64,000 nt of DNA from Malacoraja senta (GCA_038087875.1 JAXLNO010000862.1:124001-188000); one strand, 5' to 3'. Positions 1 to 51,394 are shown, counted from the first letter of the stretch. The notes: generated by a model from the sequence alone, not told the origin. Program-made: numbers and translations.

Positions 1-24
1 GATGGCGGTTCCTCCAAGATGGTG

Positions 25-360
25 TATATATATTGGTATGGATTGAAATAAATAAATTATTTGTGGTAGAACTATCATTTTTATAGCATTTATTCTGCCA
101 ATTAATGATAGTGGGAGCGTTTTCCAAAATTTAATCAGAGCTTTCAATTTATTTAATAAAGGACTAAAATTAGCATTAAATAATGATTTATATCTTCTAG
201 TAACTTGAATACCTAAATACTTAAATTTTTCCGTTGCAATTTTAAATGTAAATTTTAATAGATGATTCGCTTTCTGGGGCTGTAATGACATAATTTCATT
301 TTTATTCTTGGATAGAACAGTCTTGGATGGCATTCATTTTATCACTATGAGAAGAAACGG
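25..360 (-). mobile_element. L1/Tx1-clade LINE ORF2 fragment
   Basis: Clearly similar to 19240-19520 (GRINAIKMI..PQ..Y.FQSIP region). Confidence 0.7.
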
Positions 361-739
361 GATGAAATCAGTGCTTTTTTTAAAGACAAAAAGGTACAGA
401 TACAGGTGGCGTTACTTGCTGTTAAAGCTGTTTAAGGGCCTGATTGCCTCATTTAATTTTAAATATATATTTTTTAAACTTTAGTAATCTTTTTCTAATG
501 TTTTGTTTTAATTGAAAATGTAGTTTTCAATGTTTTAGGGGAACATTATATCACCACAAACCATCACAAAAAAACACTAATCTGTTTCATTATTAACATA
601 TAAATAACATAACCCTCCAAATAACACGACCCTCCAATGCTAACACTCCACATAAATAAACACAAACAATAGTCCAGATACCTATATCCCATTCTAAATG
701 TTTATTCAGGCATTGTCAAAGGTAATTTCAAACTGCTGG

Positions 740-880
740 AATGGAGACACAAGGAACTACAGATGCTGGGATTATGAGCAAAACACAATAGTGCTGGAGT
801 AAATCAGCGGGTGAGACAGCATCTCTGGAGGGAATAGATAGGCAACGTTTCAAGTTGGGACCCTTGTTCCGAACTGTTGG
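740..880 (-). mobile_element. Penelope-like terminal repeat (pLTR) fragment with degenerate hammerhead core
   Basis: The reverse complement resembles 38262-38360 (gatgctg...ccgctga.tt.ctccagca). Confidence 0.65.
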
Positions 881-1172
881 AATCGCTGAAACACTGACAT
901 TAATTTTGGATCAATTACTGGAAATATGAGCTAGGAGTTTCCTTTCACTTTGTTTCTGGGATTTTCAATTTGCTTTGCTGTTAGAACTATGAATTAATAC
1001 AAGATGGTGCAAACCGATCCAATCCCAGTTTCCACACAGAAGAGCAACAGGATGAAATCGTTGGCACTGCTCATTCTAACAAATTAAACAACTTCAGAGA
1101 AATGAATGCACTTTACAGCCCGTTCAATGAATGCAATTATCACAAGCTAGCTCAGTAATTTCCACACAAACC

Positions 1173-1480
1173 AGCACAGTGGCGCAGCAGTAGAGTTTTT
1201 GGCTTACAACTCTTGCAGCATTGGAGACCCAGGTTCGATCCCGACTATGGGTGCTGTCTGTACAGAGTTTTGCACGTTCTCCCTGTGGGTTTTCTCCGGG
1301 ATCTTCGGCTTCCTCCCACACTCCAAAGACGTACAGGTATATAGGTTAATTGGCTTGGTAAAATAATAAATGGTGCCGATTATGTGTAGGATAGTGTTAA
1401 TTTGTGGGGATCGCTGGTCGGTGCGGACTCAGTGGACCAAAGGGCCTGTTTCCGCGCTGTATCTCTAAACTAAACTAAAC
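1173..1480 (+). mobile_element. tRNA-derived V-SINE (HE1-like)
   Basis: A-box-like TGGCGCAGCAGTAG, B-box GGTTCGATCCC (1232-1242), V-domain-like gtgggttttctccggg...ctcccaca.tccaaagac, (CTAAA)n tail. Confidence 0.85.
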
Positions 1481-1519
1481 ATTGATACTATAACGTTCCA
1501 GAATGGATGATATGAGTCT

Positions 1520-2480
1520 GATAATAACTACAGGCAGTTTCTGAACAAAGTGTAACACCTCACATTTCTCTGTATTAAATTCCATCAACCATTCCTCAGC
1601 CCAGCAGCTGAACTGATCAAGATCCTGTGGCAATTTTTGCCATCCTTCTTTATTATCCACAATACCACCCACTTTTGTGTCATCTGCAAACTTGCTAACC
1701 ATGCCTTGTACGTTCTCATCCAAATCACTGCTATAGATGACAAACAGTAATGGGCCCAGCACCAAACCCTGAGGTCACCACTAGTCACAGGCCTCCTGTC
1801 CATAAAGCAACCTTCCGCCATCATCCTCTGCTTCCTTCCATGAAGCCAATTTTCTATCCATACTGCCATCTCTCCTTGAATCCCATGGGATCTAATCTTC
1901 CAGAGCAGCCTACCATGCAGAACCTTGTCAAATGCTTTGCTGAAGTCCATGTATACAACATCCGCAGCTCTGCCCTCATCAACCTTTTTGGTCACGTCTT
2001 CAAAAAATGGAATCAAGGGATATGTGGAGAAAGCAGGAACGGGGTACTGATTCTAGATGATCAGCCATGATCATATTGAATGGCAGTGCTGGCTTGAAGG
2101 GCCGAATGGCCTACTCCTGCACCTATTTTCTATGTTTCTAAACTCAATCAGATTTGTGAGACACGACCTCCCACGTACAAAACCATGTTGACTATCCCAA
2201 ATCAGCCCTTGTCCATCGAAATGCCTGTCTATCCTGTCCCTCAGAATGCTCTCTAGTAACTTTCCAACCTCAGATGTTAAGCTCACTGGCCTATAGTTTC
2301 TAGCATTATCCGTGCAACCCTTCTTGAATAGAGGCACAACATTTGCCACCCTCCAGTCTTCTGGCACCTCGCCTGTATTTAACAATGACTCAGAAAACTC
2401 CGAGAGGGCTCTTGTAATTTCTGCTCTAGCTTCCCACAGTGTCCTTGGATATATATCTTCAGGCTCAGGGGATTTGTCTA
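1520..2480 (-). mobile_element. CR1 LINE RT fragment, interrupted by a short plus-strand CR1 3' tail (about 2016-2140)
   Basis: ORFs contain [40 protein letters not shown] and FADDTK. Confidence 0.9.
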
Positions 2481-3184
2481 TCACAGATGGTGGTTTTCTT
2501 TGATAGGCAGATTGTTGGAGAAAGGCCAGAATGAAGACATATGTGAGCTCTAAAGGGATGCATGGTTGTGAATTGTGAAGCTTGGGGATAGAAACATTTT
2601 GAATTGTGTAGCCAGAAGGGATGCAAAGAAATGGACAGGGAAAGGGGAGAAACAAGTATAGCCAGGGTTCAGGGGAAGGAGTGTGGGTAGTGTGGGGAGG
2701 GGGTAAATGGAGAAGGGGAAGGGGGCTTTGTGGGTTAGTTATCTCAAATAGGTGAATTTAATATTCATACCAATGGTTTTCGACCTGCCCAGGCAGAATA
2801 TGAGGTGTCGTTTCTCCAGTTTGCATGTGGCCTCACTCTAGCAGTGGAAGAAGCCTGGAAAGAAAGGTCAGTGTGGGAATGGGAAAGAGAGTTGAAATGT
2901 GGAGCAACTGGGAGATCCATTAAGCCTTGGAGGCGTAAATATTCGGTAAAGAGGTTGTCAAGTCCATGCTATGAATCTATGAATCTATTATGTTAAGAAT
3001 GACCTTCTGTTCTCAGCATAATTGCTTTTAAAACATTATTATATTGGAGCAAGGCGCGGACTAAGTAGGCTGAAGGGCACGTTTCCAAAATGTTTCTCTA
3101 AACTCTAAAAAACTAAACCTTAACTGATTCCTCAGCGCCCAATGAAAAGAAAACAACTTGAAGTTGCACCCTTTAACCAGAGTT
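2120..3184. repeat. Source of a 1065-bp local duplication (copy at 8400-9464)
   Basis: Colinear with 8400-9464; about 8 differences in a 170-bp sample. Confidence 0.92.
2640..2960 (-). mobile_element. Penelope-like GIY-YIG/3' fragment
   Basis: Similar to the reverse complement of 37980-38250 (cacttcaactcccc.tcccattcc...cacctcatatt). Confidence 0.7.
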
Positions 3185-4674
3185 TTCAGCATGACCTTCG
3201 AGTCACTAACCATTTCTTTAAGTTCTGGTAGTGAATGCCAGATGTGAAACTCATGAAAATCTCTGAGGGTGTTGAATTATATTTCGAGGATGTGTGGTCT
3301 GACCAATGACTAGATGGGTATATTTCTCAAGATTACAGAAATATGCTGCAGGCCTAATCGGGTTAGCATTAAGCTAATCAAATTGTGGGTTCACTTACCC
3401 AGTTTAAGATGGATGATTGGGTGTCTGCAATTTAACTAACTCAGAGAATCGATCTTGTAGTTGCATACTCTGTCATATCAATACACATAGGCACAGTTTC
3501 TGCTGTTTTATAACAAAGCTAGTGGTGAAAGCCTATGCTGCCCTTCTCAGATTAAGGGCATTATGTCACCGATATTTGGGTATTATGCAAAATTGGAAAT
3601 GATAAATCTTATGCGTTGTCAGTAGATATTTTGGCTATATTACATTTAAGACAACATGGAATTTAACAGTACCAGTTTACCTATTCAGTCACGCCATGGT
3701 AGACGGCTGAATCAATTATTTACTACTTCATGTGTGACGGCTGGGACAGCCTGTCTTCTCGGCCAGGTAGCTCTGCACGATTGTATGAGAAGCTTGTGAA
3801 CAACATATGTGAGTCAATTCTATACGGAAGTAACAGAGGTTTGTGTGGCTTCCAGTTTGATCCTAGAGAAACTTTATGGGACAGCACAATTTCCATTGCT
3901 TGTGCTGCTTTATCATTTCTGCAATACCATAAGTGGGACATAAATGATTAGTTCTTCACCCACTATTCTCCAACGTTATGCAGGGTGTCTTTCATTTAAC
4001 CACTCTAATAGCCTACACTCATTGTAATGTGTGATGCATATCAGTTATAACGTTATGTAAATATGCCTCAAAACTTTTCCTAATGGGACCAGTATCTTAA
4101 GATGATTATGCTTTCAGCAGCTGATCTCAGCATTAAGAACACATCCTTGCTCAATCTCTGGCTTTGTCTCCACGTCATACTGACATTAGGGTAGCTTGTT
4201 ATAGAAATAATCTCATAAGCAAATGACCAGGATTGTGTGGATTTGAGGTTGACAGCATACCCACCACAGCAGAGATCAGGGATGTCATTAGGTATACAAG
4301 TGCACTCTGCTGCTAGTGCCTATGATATGAAAGATAGTTCTTTTCTTTTCTTTTCTTTTCTTTCAATACTCTCAATATATTACTGATGGCTCATTAGCAG
4401 CCAATACAATGGGTTCCCTTTCATCATACAGCATGAGGTTTACATAATGCTGCTTAATACATTATAAAATTCGGTGGAATATGTCTGGATGTTTCCAGAT
4501 AGATTTATGCACATTGTTGCATAAGTTATTGTCTAACTCAAAAGTTTATTGGAACTACAGGCCAGTTTAGAGCAATGGCCTTGCATGCAAGTTAGCGTCG
4601 TGATATTAATACCTCATGTTTTCCTGCCATTAATGGTTTATCTGTTTAGTGTTTCACACACAGATTATGTCACA

Positions 4675-5032
4675 GTATGAAACCACAGAGCTTTGAAATC
4701 TTCACGTAGTCACTCACGGGACTTCAAAATAAAATAGAAAGATTAAACGAGAACTTACCAGTTTGATGTTTGATCTTTATTTTATGAGAAGTTGTGATGA
4801 GGGATTACGTGCACTCCACTCCCAACCCTATTCTCATAAAGATCATTCGGTAGTTTTAGCCTTCAATCTCTCTATAGCTTAGTTCAGCAACTATTCTGTG
4901 GGTTCATACAGCTACTTTGAAGATTGACGCGCATGCGGTCTGGCGGGCTTCTTCACGTAATTCCTCATCGCAACTTATCATAAAATAAAGATCAAACTTC
5001 AAACTGGTAAGTTCTCATTTAATCTCTCTATT
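4675..5032 (+). mobile_element. DIRS retrotransposon 3' end (ICR plus right terminal repeat)
   Basis: About 70-bp inverted arms (gattaaacgagaacttaccagtttg... / ...caaactggtaagttctcatttaatc), same layout as 14340-14683. Degenerate body may extend upstream. Confidence 0.8.
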
Positions 5033-5259
5033 AAATCTCACATCAAAGGTTTTGCAAGATTCTTATAAAAAAGGCCTTGCCCTTAGTTTGTGGTATTGAT
5101 AGATTCACCAGCACGATACACATCTCCAGTCTTACTGATTCAGATAGTCTTGTTTTTCACTTATCACATTTGGCCTCTGATGTAGCTTGCGTCTCCTCCC
5201 AGGATCCCAGTGACATTTTTGTTTCCAAGAACATCTGCACATGTTGCGCATACAAAACA

Positions 5260-5710
5260 AAAGTTTGTGACCTCCCATGTATCTCCAGCTCACCAAGCTA
5301 GCCAGCTGGTGGAATAGCTGCCAACTAGCAAGATAATGCAGTTGTCTCCCTGTTCCAACAATCCACACCTCATCTCTGGTTAGAGTTTGACCATACTCCA
5401 CACGACCATATGGATTTCTTTCAAGTACTCTAATACCACCTGCTTTAGTGTCATCTGCAAACGTACTAACCATGCCATCTCTCCTGCACATTTTCCCCTC
5501 TAATTCATGTTGACTATTCGGGTGTCAAAAGTACAACTCCCAGCTAGGTGATCATTCCCTTCTTATTTCTCAGCTCCACCCAGAAAGCCTCACGGTAATG
5601 TCGCTTTGGACAACTGCCTTGATGTTCTTCTCAATCAATAAAACAACTCCCCCTCCTCTTTCACTCCCACTTGTATCCTGCCTGCCAGGGATGCAGCTGC
5701 CACTTTGAGA
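5260..5710 (-). mobile_element. Degenerate CR1 fragments
   Basis: DGMVSTFADDTKAGG in ORF 5132..5491; endonuclease-region-like sequence near 5520-5700. Confidence 0.65.
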
Positions 5711-5949
5711 ACCACCCTGTTAAATGTTTATTGGTTGGCATCGTGCTGTCCCGCTCCTTATGAGCTACAATTTAATTCTACATCTGAAATAAATGGGATG
5801 AAAGACTCATCAGGGTTACGACTGGGTATGGCTGGAGATTACACATTAAAAGGTGATTTCAATGAGACGTGTGTCATTTTGAGGAACTACAGAAGAAATG
5901 CTCAGAGGCCTGGAGAAATTCTTTATGGCACTGGGATAGAGTGCAGTCA

Positions 5950-6760
5950 TTAAGGCAAGGCAAGGCAAGGCAAGGCAAGTTTATTTGTATAGCACCTTTC
6001 AACAACAAGGTAATTCAAAGTGCTTTACATAAAACATTTAAAGCATTTGAAAGAAACACATATAAAATGACATTTAGATGTAAAATGATTATTAGATTAT
6101 TCAGATAAAATAATTACCAAATTAAAAGCAATCAAATAAAATATTTAAAATAGAATAAAACCCGGAATAGAAGTTACAGTGCAGTATAGGTAATTAATAA
6201 ATTGTATTGTTTACTGAAAGGCAGCAGTACTTAAGCAGTACACCACAGTAGGAACAACATTCAACACTACCCAGTGACCAAGACCTTGACTGCTACTAAA
6301 TGGCCATCATCCATGTTCCTTCACATACTGTACCATTACAGAATTGCAAAGTATGCCATCAGGTTAGGCGAGGTTCATTATTGTCACATGTACCAAGGTA
6401 CAGTGCAAAGCTTTATTTTGCATGCTGTCCAATTAAATCAGATAATATTACATGTCAATACCATCAAACCAAACTCAATACAATAGGTAAAGTGAAGGGA
6501 AAAATCCAGAGCAGAATATAGTTTTCAGCATTGTAGTGCACCCGTTCCAGAGACAAGGTTTAATGTTTGCAATGAGGTAGAGGGGAATTAGACAGTACCC
6601 TAGCCGATTTTTCCTGTTTTTTCAGGTTTTTCCTGATACCAAAGGATAAGAAGCTGTTCGTGAGAATGGTGGTGAGCGCTTTCAACCTTCTGTATCTTCT
6701 GCCCGAGTGAGGATAAGAATGAATGGCTTGGGTGGGAAAGGTCTTAGATCATGTTGACAG
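5950..6760 (-). mobile_element. Two LINE (L2/Rex-like) 3' end fragments with microsatellite tails
   Basis: (AAGGC)n followed by tttatttgtatagcacct at 5951-6030; (AGGTT)n followed by ttattgtcacatgtacc at about 6360. Confidence 0.55.
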
Positions 6761-6761
6761 C

Positions 6762-7305
6762 TTCCCCCTCTTCCCCCACCCCCCCCTTCCCCCACCTACC
6801 CCCCAACCCCCTCTTCCCCCACACACACCCCCTACCCTCACACCACCCCTCCCCCACACACCCCCCAACCCCCTCTTCCCCCACACACACACCCTACCCC
6901 CACACCCCTCTCCCCCACCCACCTCTCCCCCTCTCACCCCACACACACCCCTACGCCCACACCACCCCTCCCCCACACCCTCCCCCACCCTCCTCCTCCC
7001 ACACCCCCCTCCCCCATAAGCACCTACCCCACACGCTGCTCCCAAACAACCCCACACCCTCCTCCCACACCCCCCCACCCCCCTCAACCCCCTCCTCCCC
7101 CACAGACCCGCCCAACAGCCCCCCTCTCCCGCACGCCCCCCTCCCCACCTCCCCCACAACCCGCCTCCCCCTCTTCCATACGCCCCCTCCCCCACGCCCC
7201 CCTCCGCCACAACCCCCCCTCCCCATACCCCCTCTCTCCCACACGCCCCTGCTCCCCCACACACACACCCCTCCCCCATCCCCCCCACATACCCCCGCCC
7301 CCTGT
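6762..7305. repeat. C/A-rich low-complexity tract (G-run-rich on the minus strand)
   Basis: About 540 bp of CCCC runs separated by A, AC or TC. Confidence 0.95.
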
Positions 7306-7346
7306 TGGGGAATGGTTTGCGTTGGGGGACCAGGCTCCCGTGTGAC

Positions 7347-7375
7347 TGGGACCCAACTGGTCCCACTTAGTCTAG
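7347..7375 (+). mobile_element. Candidate Helitron-type 3' terminus
   Basis: Hairpin TGGGACC-CAACT-GGTCCCA (7347-7365), then CTAG (7372-7375) followed by T. The 5' TC end was not identified. Confidence 0.45.
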
Positions 7376-7636
7376 TTTTCCTTTAATTTTCCTCCAAATT
7401 AATTTCTTCCACACAAACAAAGATTTAATATCAAAGCTAACATTATTAATGTTAGGTAATAGTTAAGAATTATAACTAATTAAAATAATAGAGTCGAATC
7501 AAACGACACAGTGACAAAGATGAATTCAAAACTTAGAAATTAAAATTGTCAAAATATTTTAAATTACATTCAGTTTTAGACAGATAGATCTATGATTTGC
7601 AATGTAATTGTGGTGATGCATGGGAAGCAGATGTCG

Positions 7637-46309
<38,673 letters not shown>

Positions 46310-46854
46310 GTTGGAGGGCCCCGCACTCCCGTGTACATCTACAACTAAGAAAACAATTAAGAGCTCGAGAGTTTCCGCCCGTGGCTTCACACGTTAACTT
46401 TACAAAATGACAGTGGGAGTAAAACTGTGGCAAAGGACTGGAGGAGTATCTTTGGTATGAAGTTAGTTACGTTTCGTATGTAATTGTCTCTTCACTACGT
46501 TAAGTACAGTGTTCTGTTAGAAAATGGTCACCCGGCCGTCTCGTTACATGACTTCTGCTGAAGCTCTCAAGTTTTGCACTTGGTTCCAATGTCAATATAG
46601 TCTAATTTTCTGGTCCCTGAACCCATGAAGACCCCGGGTAAAACATCCGCACGCATCCTCCGCAATTTCCCGCCAGTCGTCCGATTTATTGATCAACATG
46701 TGATATTGATTTCGCGTTACGCCATTCATCGTGAATGTCAATCTATGATCTGCCCCGTGATTTAAATATTGTCGAAAACACATGAAATAATAGTTCTATG
46801 AATCAGCCCTCCATCGAACAGTTTACTTCCGAGAGTTCAAAGCCGCAGCTTTTA

Positions 46855-47128
46855 TCTGGCGGCATCTCTGGAGAACATCGATAAGATGGAGTTTGTCGTC
46901 GAGTCCCTTCTTCAGACTGATTGTGGTGGTTGGAGAGGTTGTGGTGGTGGTTGGTCGGATATACTGTTTCTAGGGGCACCAATATCTACCAAAGATACTA
47001 ATATCTACCCCTCAAAAACCCCTCCACGCCACACTCAGTCTGAAGAAGGGTCCCGACCAGAATCATCGCCTATCCAAGTTCTCCAGAGATGCTGCCTGAC
47101 CCCCTGAGTTACTCCAGCACTTTGTGTC
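46855..47128. repeat. Inverted pair of Penelope pLTR/hammerhead-like motifs
   Basis: Left arm ...gagtcccttcttcagactga (to 46920); right arm tcagtctgaagaaggg...gttctccagagatgc (from 47035); about 113-bp spacer. Confidence 0.75.
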
Positions 47129-47432
47129 TTTTTCTTTGTCAACCAGCATCTGTGGTTCCTTGTATCTGCTTTTATCGCGAGGGTGTTTTCTCAGGCACGA
47201 ACAGTTTTATTTGATTCTAAAACATAATAACATAAACGAGTTCGCGACGGCGTTGAATTACCTGCGATTTGCAATTATTTTCTTTTCATTGATGTTGAGA
47301 AGCTTTGAAATTATCTGCAGGAGACAGATTGCTGTTGGTATTACCTGGTCACATTTACCACGAATGAATGCTTCAAACATTGATTGAGAAGTCGTCTCCT
47401 CCCAGTTTCGCTGTCCTTCTGCATATTTGTCC

Positions 47433-47450
47433 TTATATAATGCCACACCC
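47433..47450 (-). promoter_or_regulatory. Candidate NXPE promoter: TATATAA plus adjacent CACCC/KLF box
   Basis: TATATAAG at 47439-47432, GCCACACCC at 47442-47450; CAG|GTAAT donors downstream at 47345 and 47262. Motif-only evidence. Confidence 0.35.
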
Positions 47451-48241
47451 ATTCATTCTACACGCACTCCTGTTCCGTGTGCAACAAGTCATCAGACCCT
47501 TCATCAGACGAAATAAACTTTGCACTTATTTTTATAAAAATTAAAGTATTCAATAAAAGTTAATTTGTTTGGCCATTGACATCATGAACAGCACGGAGTA
47601 AAACTGTGTCATGAACTTCTATGAGAACATTTCTGACTTCCTCCTCAAGAGGTCAAAGGCAAGAACAATAAAAAATATATGAAAAGCAGGACATCAGTGT
47701 TCACAATGAGAAAAACGAACTCATGGTAGTGCAAGAAGTGGTCCGAAATGTTGCGTTGCCAAGTCCGGATTTGGGTCATGCAGGTTGGTTCAAACACCTG
47801 AAAGTTGTGGGAAAGTAGCTGGTATGAAGCTGATTGTGTGAGCCTTCAGCCTGGCGGAAGCAGTAAGAAGTGGACATGGACGATGACAGATGGCACATAC
47901 TTGAGATGATTCATATAGATACTTTCTATGGTGAGATGTGTTGTTCCCCTGATAGATCGGGATGAGGCCACCACCTCTGCAGCCTCCGGCGTTGGAATTG
48001 CCACACAATACAATTACGCCATCAGTCAAGGTGCTTTCTCAGTATATTATGCTGAATCTCTTTAAACCAAAGAAAGTTTAAGGTGATCAGAGAGTGAGAC
48101 AAAATTGACTTTTCAGGTCAAGGACTCTTCATTGGAATGGAAAAAAAAAGAAACCAATTTTAAAAGTCTCTTTCCCAAAGAACATCTTGAAAGGGGCTGC
48201 ACAATGGATTGATCACCCTTAAAGATGGCCACAAACTCTTT

Positions 48242-49538
48242 CATAGATACATAGATACATAGAAATTAGGTGCAGGAGTAGGCCATTCGGCCCTTCGAGC
48301 CTGCACCGCCATTCAATACGATCATGGCTGATCATCCAACTCAGTATCCCGTACCTGCCTTCTCTCCATACCCCCTGATCCCTTTAGCCACAAGGGCCAC
48401 ATCTAATTCCCTCTTAAATATAGCCAATGAACTGGCCTCAACTACCCTCTGTGGCAGAGAGTTCCAGAGATTCACCACTCTCTGTGTGAAAAAGTTTTTC
48501 CTCATCTCGGTCTTAAAGGATTTCCCCCTTATCCTTAAGCTGTGACCCCTTGTCCTGGACTTCCCCAACATCGGGAACAATCTTCCTGCATCTAGCCTGT
48601 CCAACCCCTTAAGAATTTTGTAAGTTTCTATAAGATCCCCCCTCAGTCTTCTAAATTCTAGCGAGTACAAGCCGAGTCTATCCAGTCTTCATGTGAGTCC
48701 TGCCATCCCAGGAATCAGTCTGGTGAACCTTCTCTGTACTCCCTCTATGGGAAGAATGTCTTTCCTCAGATTAGAAGACCGAAACTAGTGTCATCCGCAA
48801 ACTTGGAGATGTTGCTTTCAATTCCCTCGTCCAGATCATTAATATAAATTGTAAATAGCTGGGGTCCCAGCACTGAGCCTTGTGGTACCCCACTAGTCAC
48901 TGCCTGCCATTGTGAAAAGGACCCGTTTACTCCTACTCTTTGCTTCCTGTTTGCCAGCCAGTTCTCTATCCACATCAATACTGAACCCCCAATACCGTGT
49001 GATTTAAGTTTGTATCCTAATCTCTTATGTGGTACCTTGTCGAAAGCCTTCTGAAAGTCCAGATACAACACATCCACTGGTTCTCCCCTATCCACTCTAC
49101 TAGTTACATCCTCGAAAAATTCTATAAGATTCGTCAGACACGATTTACCTTTCGTAAATCCATGCTGACTTTGTCCAATGATTTCACCACTTTCCAAATG
49201 TGCTGCTATCCCATCTTTAATAACTGACTCTAGCAGTTTCCCCACTACCGATGTTAGACTAACTGGTCTGTAATTCCCCGTTTTCTCTCTCCCTCCCTTC
49301 TTAAAAAGTGGGGTTACGTTTGCTACCCTCCAATCCTCAGGAACTACTCCAGAATCTAAAGAGTTTTGAAAAATTATCACTAATGCATCCACTATTTCTG
49401 GAGCTACTTCCTTAAGTACTCTGGGATGCAGCCTATCTGGCCCTGGTGATTTATCGGCCTTTAATCCATTCAATTTACCCAACACCACTTCCCGACTAAC
49501 CTGGATTTCACTCAGTTCCTCCATCTCCTTTGACCCGC
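48242..49538 (-). mobile_element. CR1 LINE with an internal deletion
   Basis: RT ORF 48766..49524 (252 aa) joined to C-terminal ORF 48341..48670 and a (tagataca) tail. Confidence 0.93.
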
Positions 49539-49750
49539 AAGTGATTGCTGGGATCAGCGCCAGACTTAATGATACAGTTAAAAGATATGTAGTTGTGTAA
49601 GAGAGTACAGAGGTTATGCCATTTTATGTCAAAATAATAAATTAGTCAAATTCAGATTAGTTTATGGTTATATATATATATATAGGTTGCAATTCATTTC
49701 CTTATTCAGATGAAGTTTACACAGCAAGCAGGAAATGGCAATGATAAACC

Positions 49751-51363
49751 AAGTGGCTTGCAAAAGTTTTCATACCCCTTGAACTTTTCCACATTTTGTC
49801 ACGTTACAACCACAAACGTAAATGTATTTTATTGGGATTTTATGTGAAAGATCAACACAAAGTGGTGCATAATTGTGAAGTGGAAGGAAAATGATACATG
49901 GTTTTCAAATTTTTTTACAAATAAAAAACTGAAAAGTGTGGCGTGCAAAAGTATTCAGCCCCCCTGAGTCAATACGTTGTAGAACCACCTTTCGCTGCAA
50001 TTACAGCTGCAAGTCTTTTGGGGTATGTTTCTACCAGCTTTGCACATCTAGAGACTGAAATTTTTGCCCATTCTTTTTTGCAAAATAGCTCAAGCTCAGT
50101 CAGATTGGATGGAGAGCGTCTGTGAACAGCAATTTTCAAGTCTTGCCAGAGATTCTCAATTGGATTTAGGTCTGGACATTGACTGGGCCTTTCTAACACG
50201 TGAATATGCTTTGATCTAAACCATTCCATTGTAGCTCTGGCTGTATGTTTAGGGTCGTTGTCCTGCTGGCAGGTGAACCTCCGCCCCAGTCACAAGTCTT
50301 TTGCAGACTCTAACAGGTTTTCTTCCAAGATTGCCCTGTATTTGGCTCCATCCATCTTCCCATCAACTCTGACCAGCTTCCCTGTCCCTGCTGAAGAAAA
50401 GCATCCCCACAGCATGATGCTGCCACCACCATGTTTCACAGTGGGGATGGTGTGTTCAGGGTGATGTGCAGTGTTATGTTACCGCCACACATAGCATTTT
50501 GCATTTAGGCCAAAAACTTCAATTTTGGTCTCATCTGACCAGAGCACCTTCCTCCACATGTTTGCTGTGTCCCCCACATGGCTTGTGACAAACTGCAAAC
50601 GGGACTTCTTATGGGTTTTTTTTCAACAATGGCTTTCTTCTTGCCACTCCTCCATAAAGGCCCGATTTGTGGAGTGCACGACTAATAGTTGTCCTGTGGA
50701 CAGATTCTCCCACCTGAGCTGTGGGTCTCTGCAGCTCCTCCAGAGTTACCATGGGCCTCTTAGCTGCTTCTCTGATCAATGCTCTCCTTGCACGGCCTGT
50801 CAGTTTAGGTGGACGGCCATGTCTTGGTAGGTTTGCAGTTGTGCCATACTCTTTCCATTTTCAGATGATGGATTGAACAGTGCTCCGTGAGATGTTCAAA
50901 GCTTGGGATATTTTTTTATAACCTAACCCTGCTTTAAACTTCTCCACAACGTTATCCCTGACCTGTCTGGTGTGTTCCTTGGGCTTCATGATGCTGTTTG
51001 TTCACTAATGTTCTCTAACAAACCTATGAGGCCTTCACAGAACAGCTGTATTTATACTGAGATTAGATTACACACAAGTGGTATCTATTTATTAATTAGG
51101 TGACTTCTGAATTCAATTGGTTGCACTGGATATTATTTAGCGGTATCAAAGGGGGCTGAATACTTTTGCACACGACACTTTTCTGTTTTTTATTTGTAAA
51201 AATATTTGAAAACCATGTATCATTTTCCTTCCACTTCACAATTATGCGCCAGTTTGTGTTGGTCTATCACATAAAATCCCAATAAAATACATTTATGTTT
51301 GTGGTTGTAACGTGACAAAATGTAGAAAAGTTCAAGGGGTATGAATACTTTTGCAAGCCACTG
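49751..51363 (-). mobile_element. Tc1/mariner IR-DR-type DNA transposon, full length, defective transposase
   Basis: About 210-bp TIRs with outer and inner direct repeats (gcaaaagtattca); TA at 51364-51365; transposase from 50989 (MKPKEHTRQVR, in-frame stop) to 49969 ([14 protein letters not shown]). Confidence 0.93.
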
Positions 51364-51394
51364 TAAATACAACAACAAATGCAAAGCAGCAGAA

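Noticed and set aside
1173-1245. tRNA gene (A/B boxes; also at about 52850)
   Set aside because: SINE head continuing into a V-domain and LINE-like tail; no cloverleaf.
6723-7386. Long Pro/His-rich and Gly-rich ORFs on both strands
   Set aside because: Artefacts of a stop-poor low-complexity C-rich tract.
47258-47452. 64-aa ORF as an extra NXPE coding exon
   Set aside because: Its donors are phase 0 or 2, while the next acceptor is phase 1; no homology recognised.
47520-48240. Non-repeat-looking stretch examined as a possible MHC alpha3/TM exon
   Set aside because: No C..GFYP, W or YxCxVxH Ig-C1 pattern on the minus strand and no convincing splice pair; origin unresolved.
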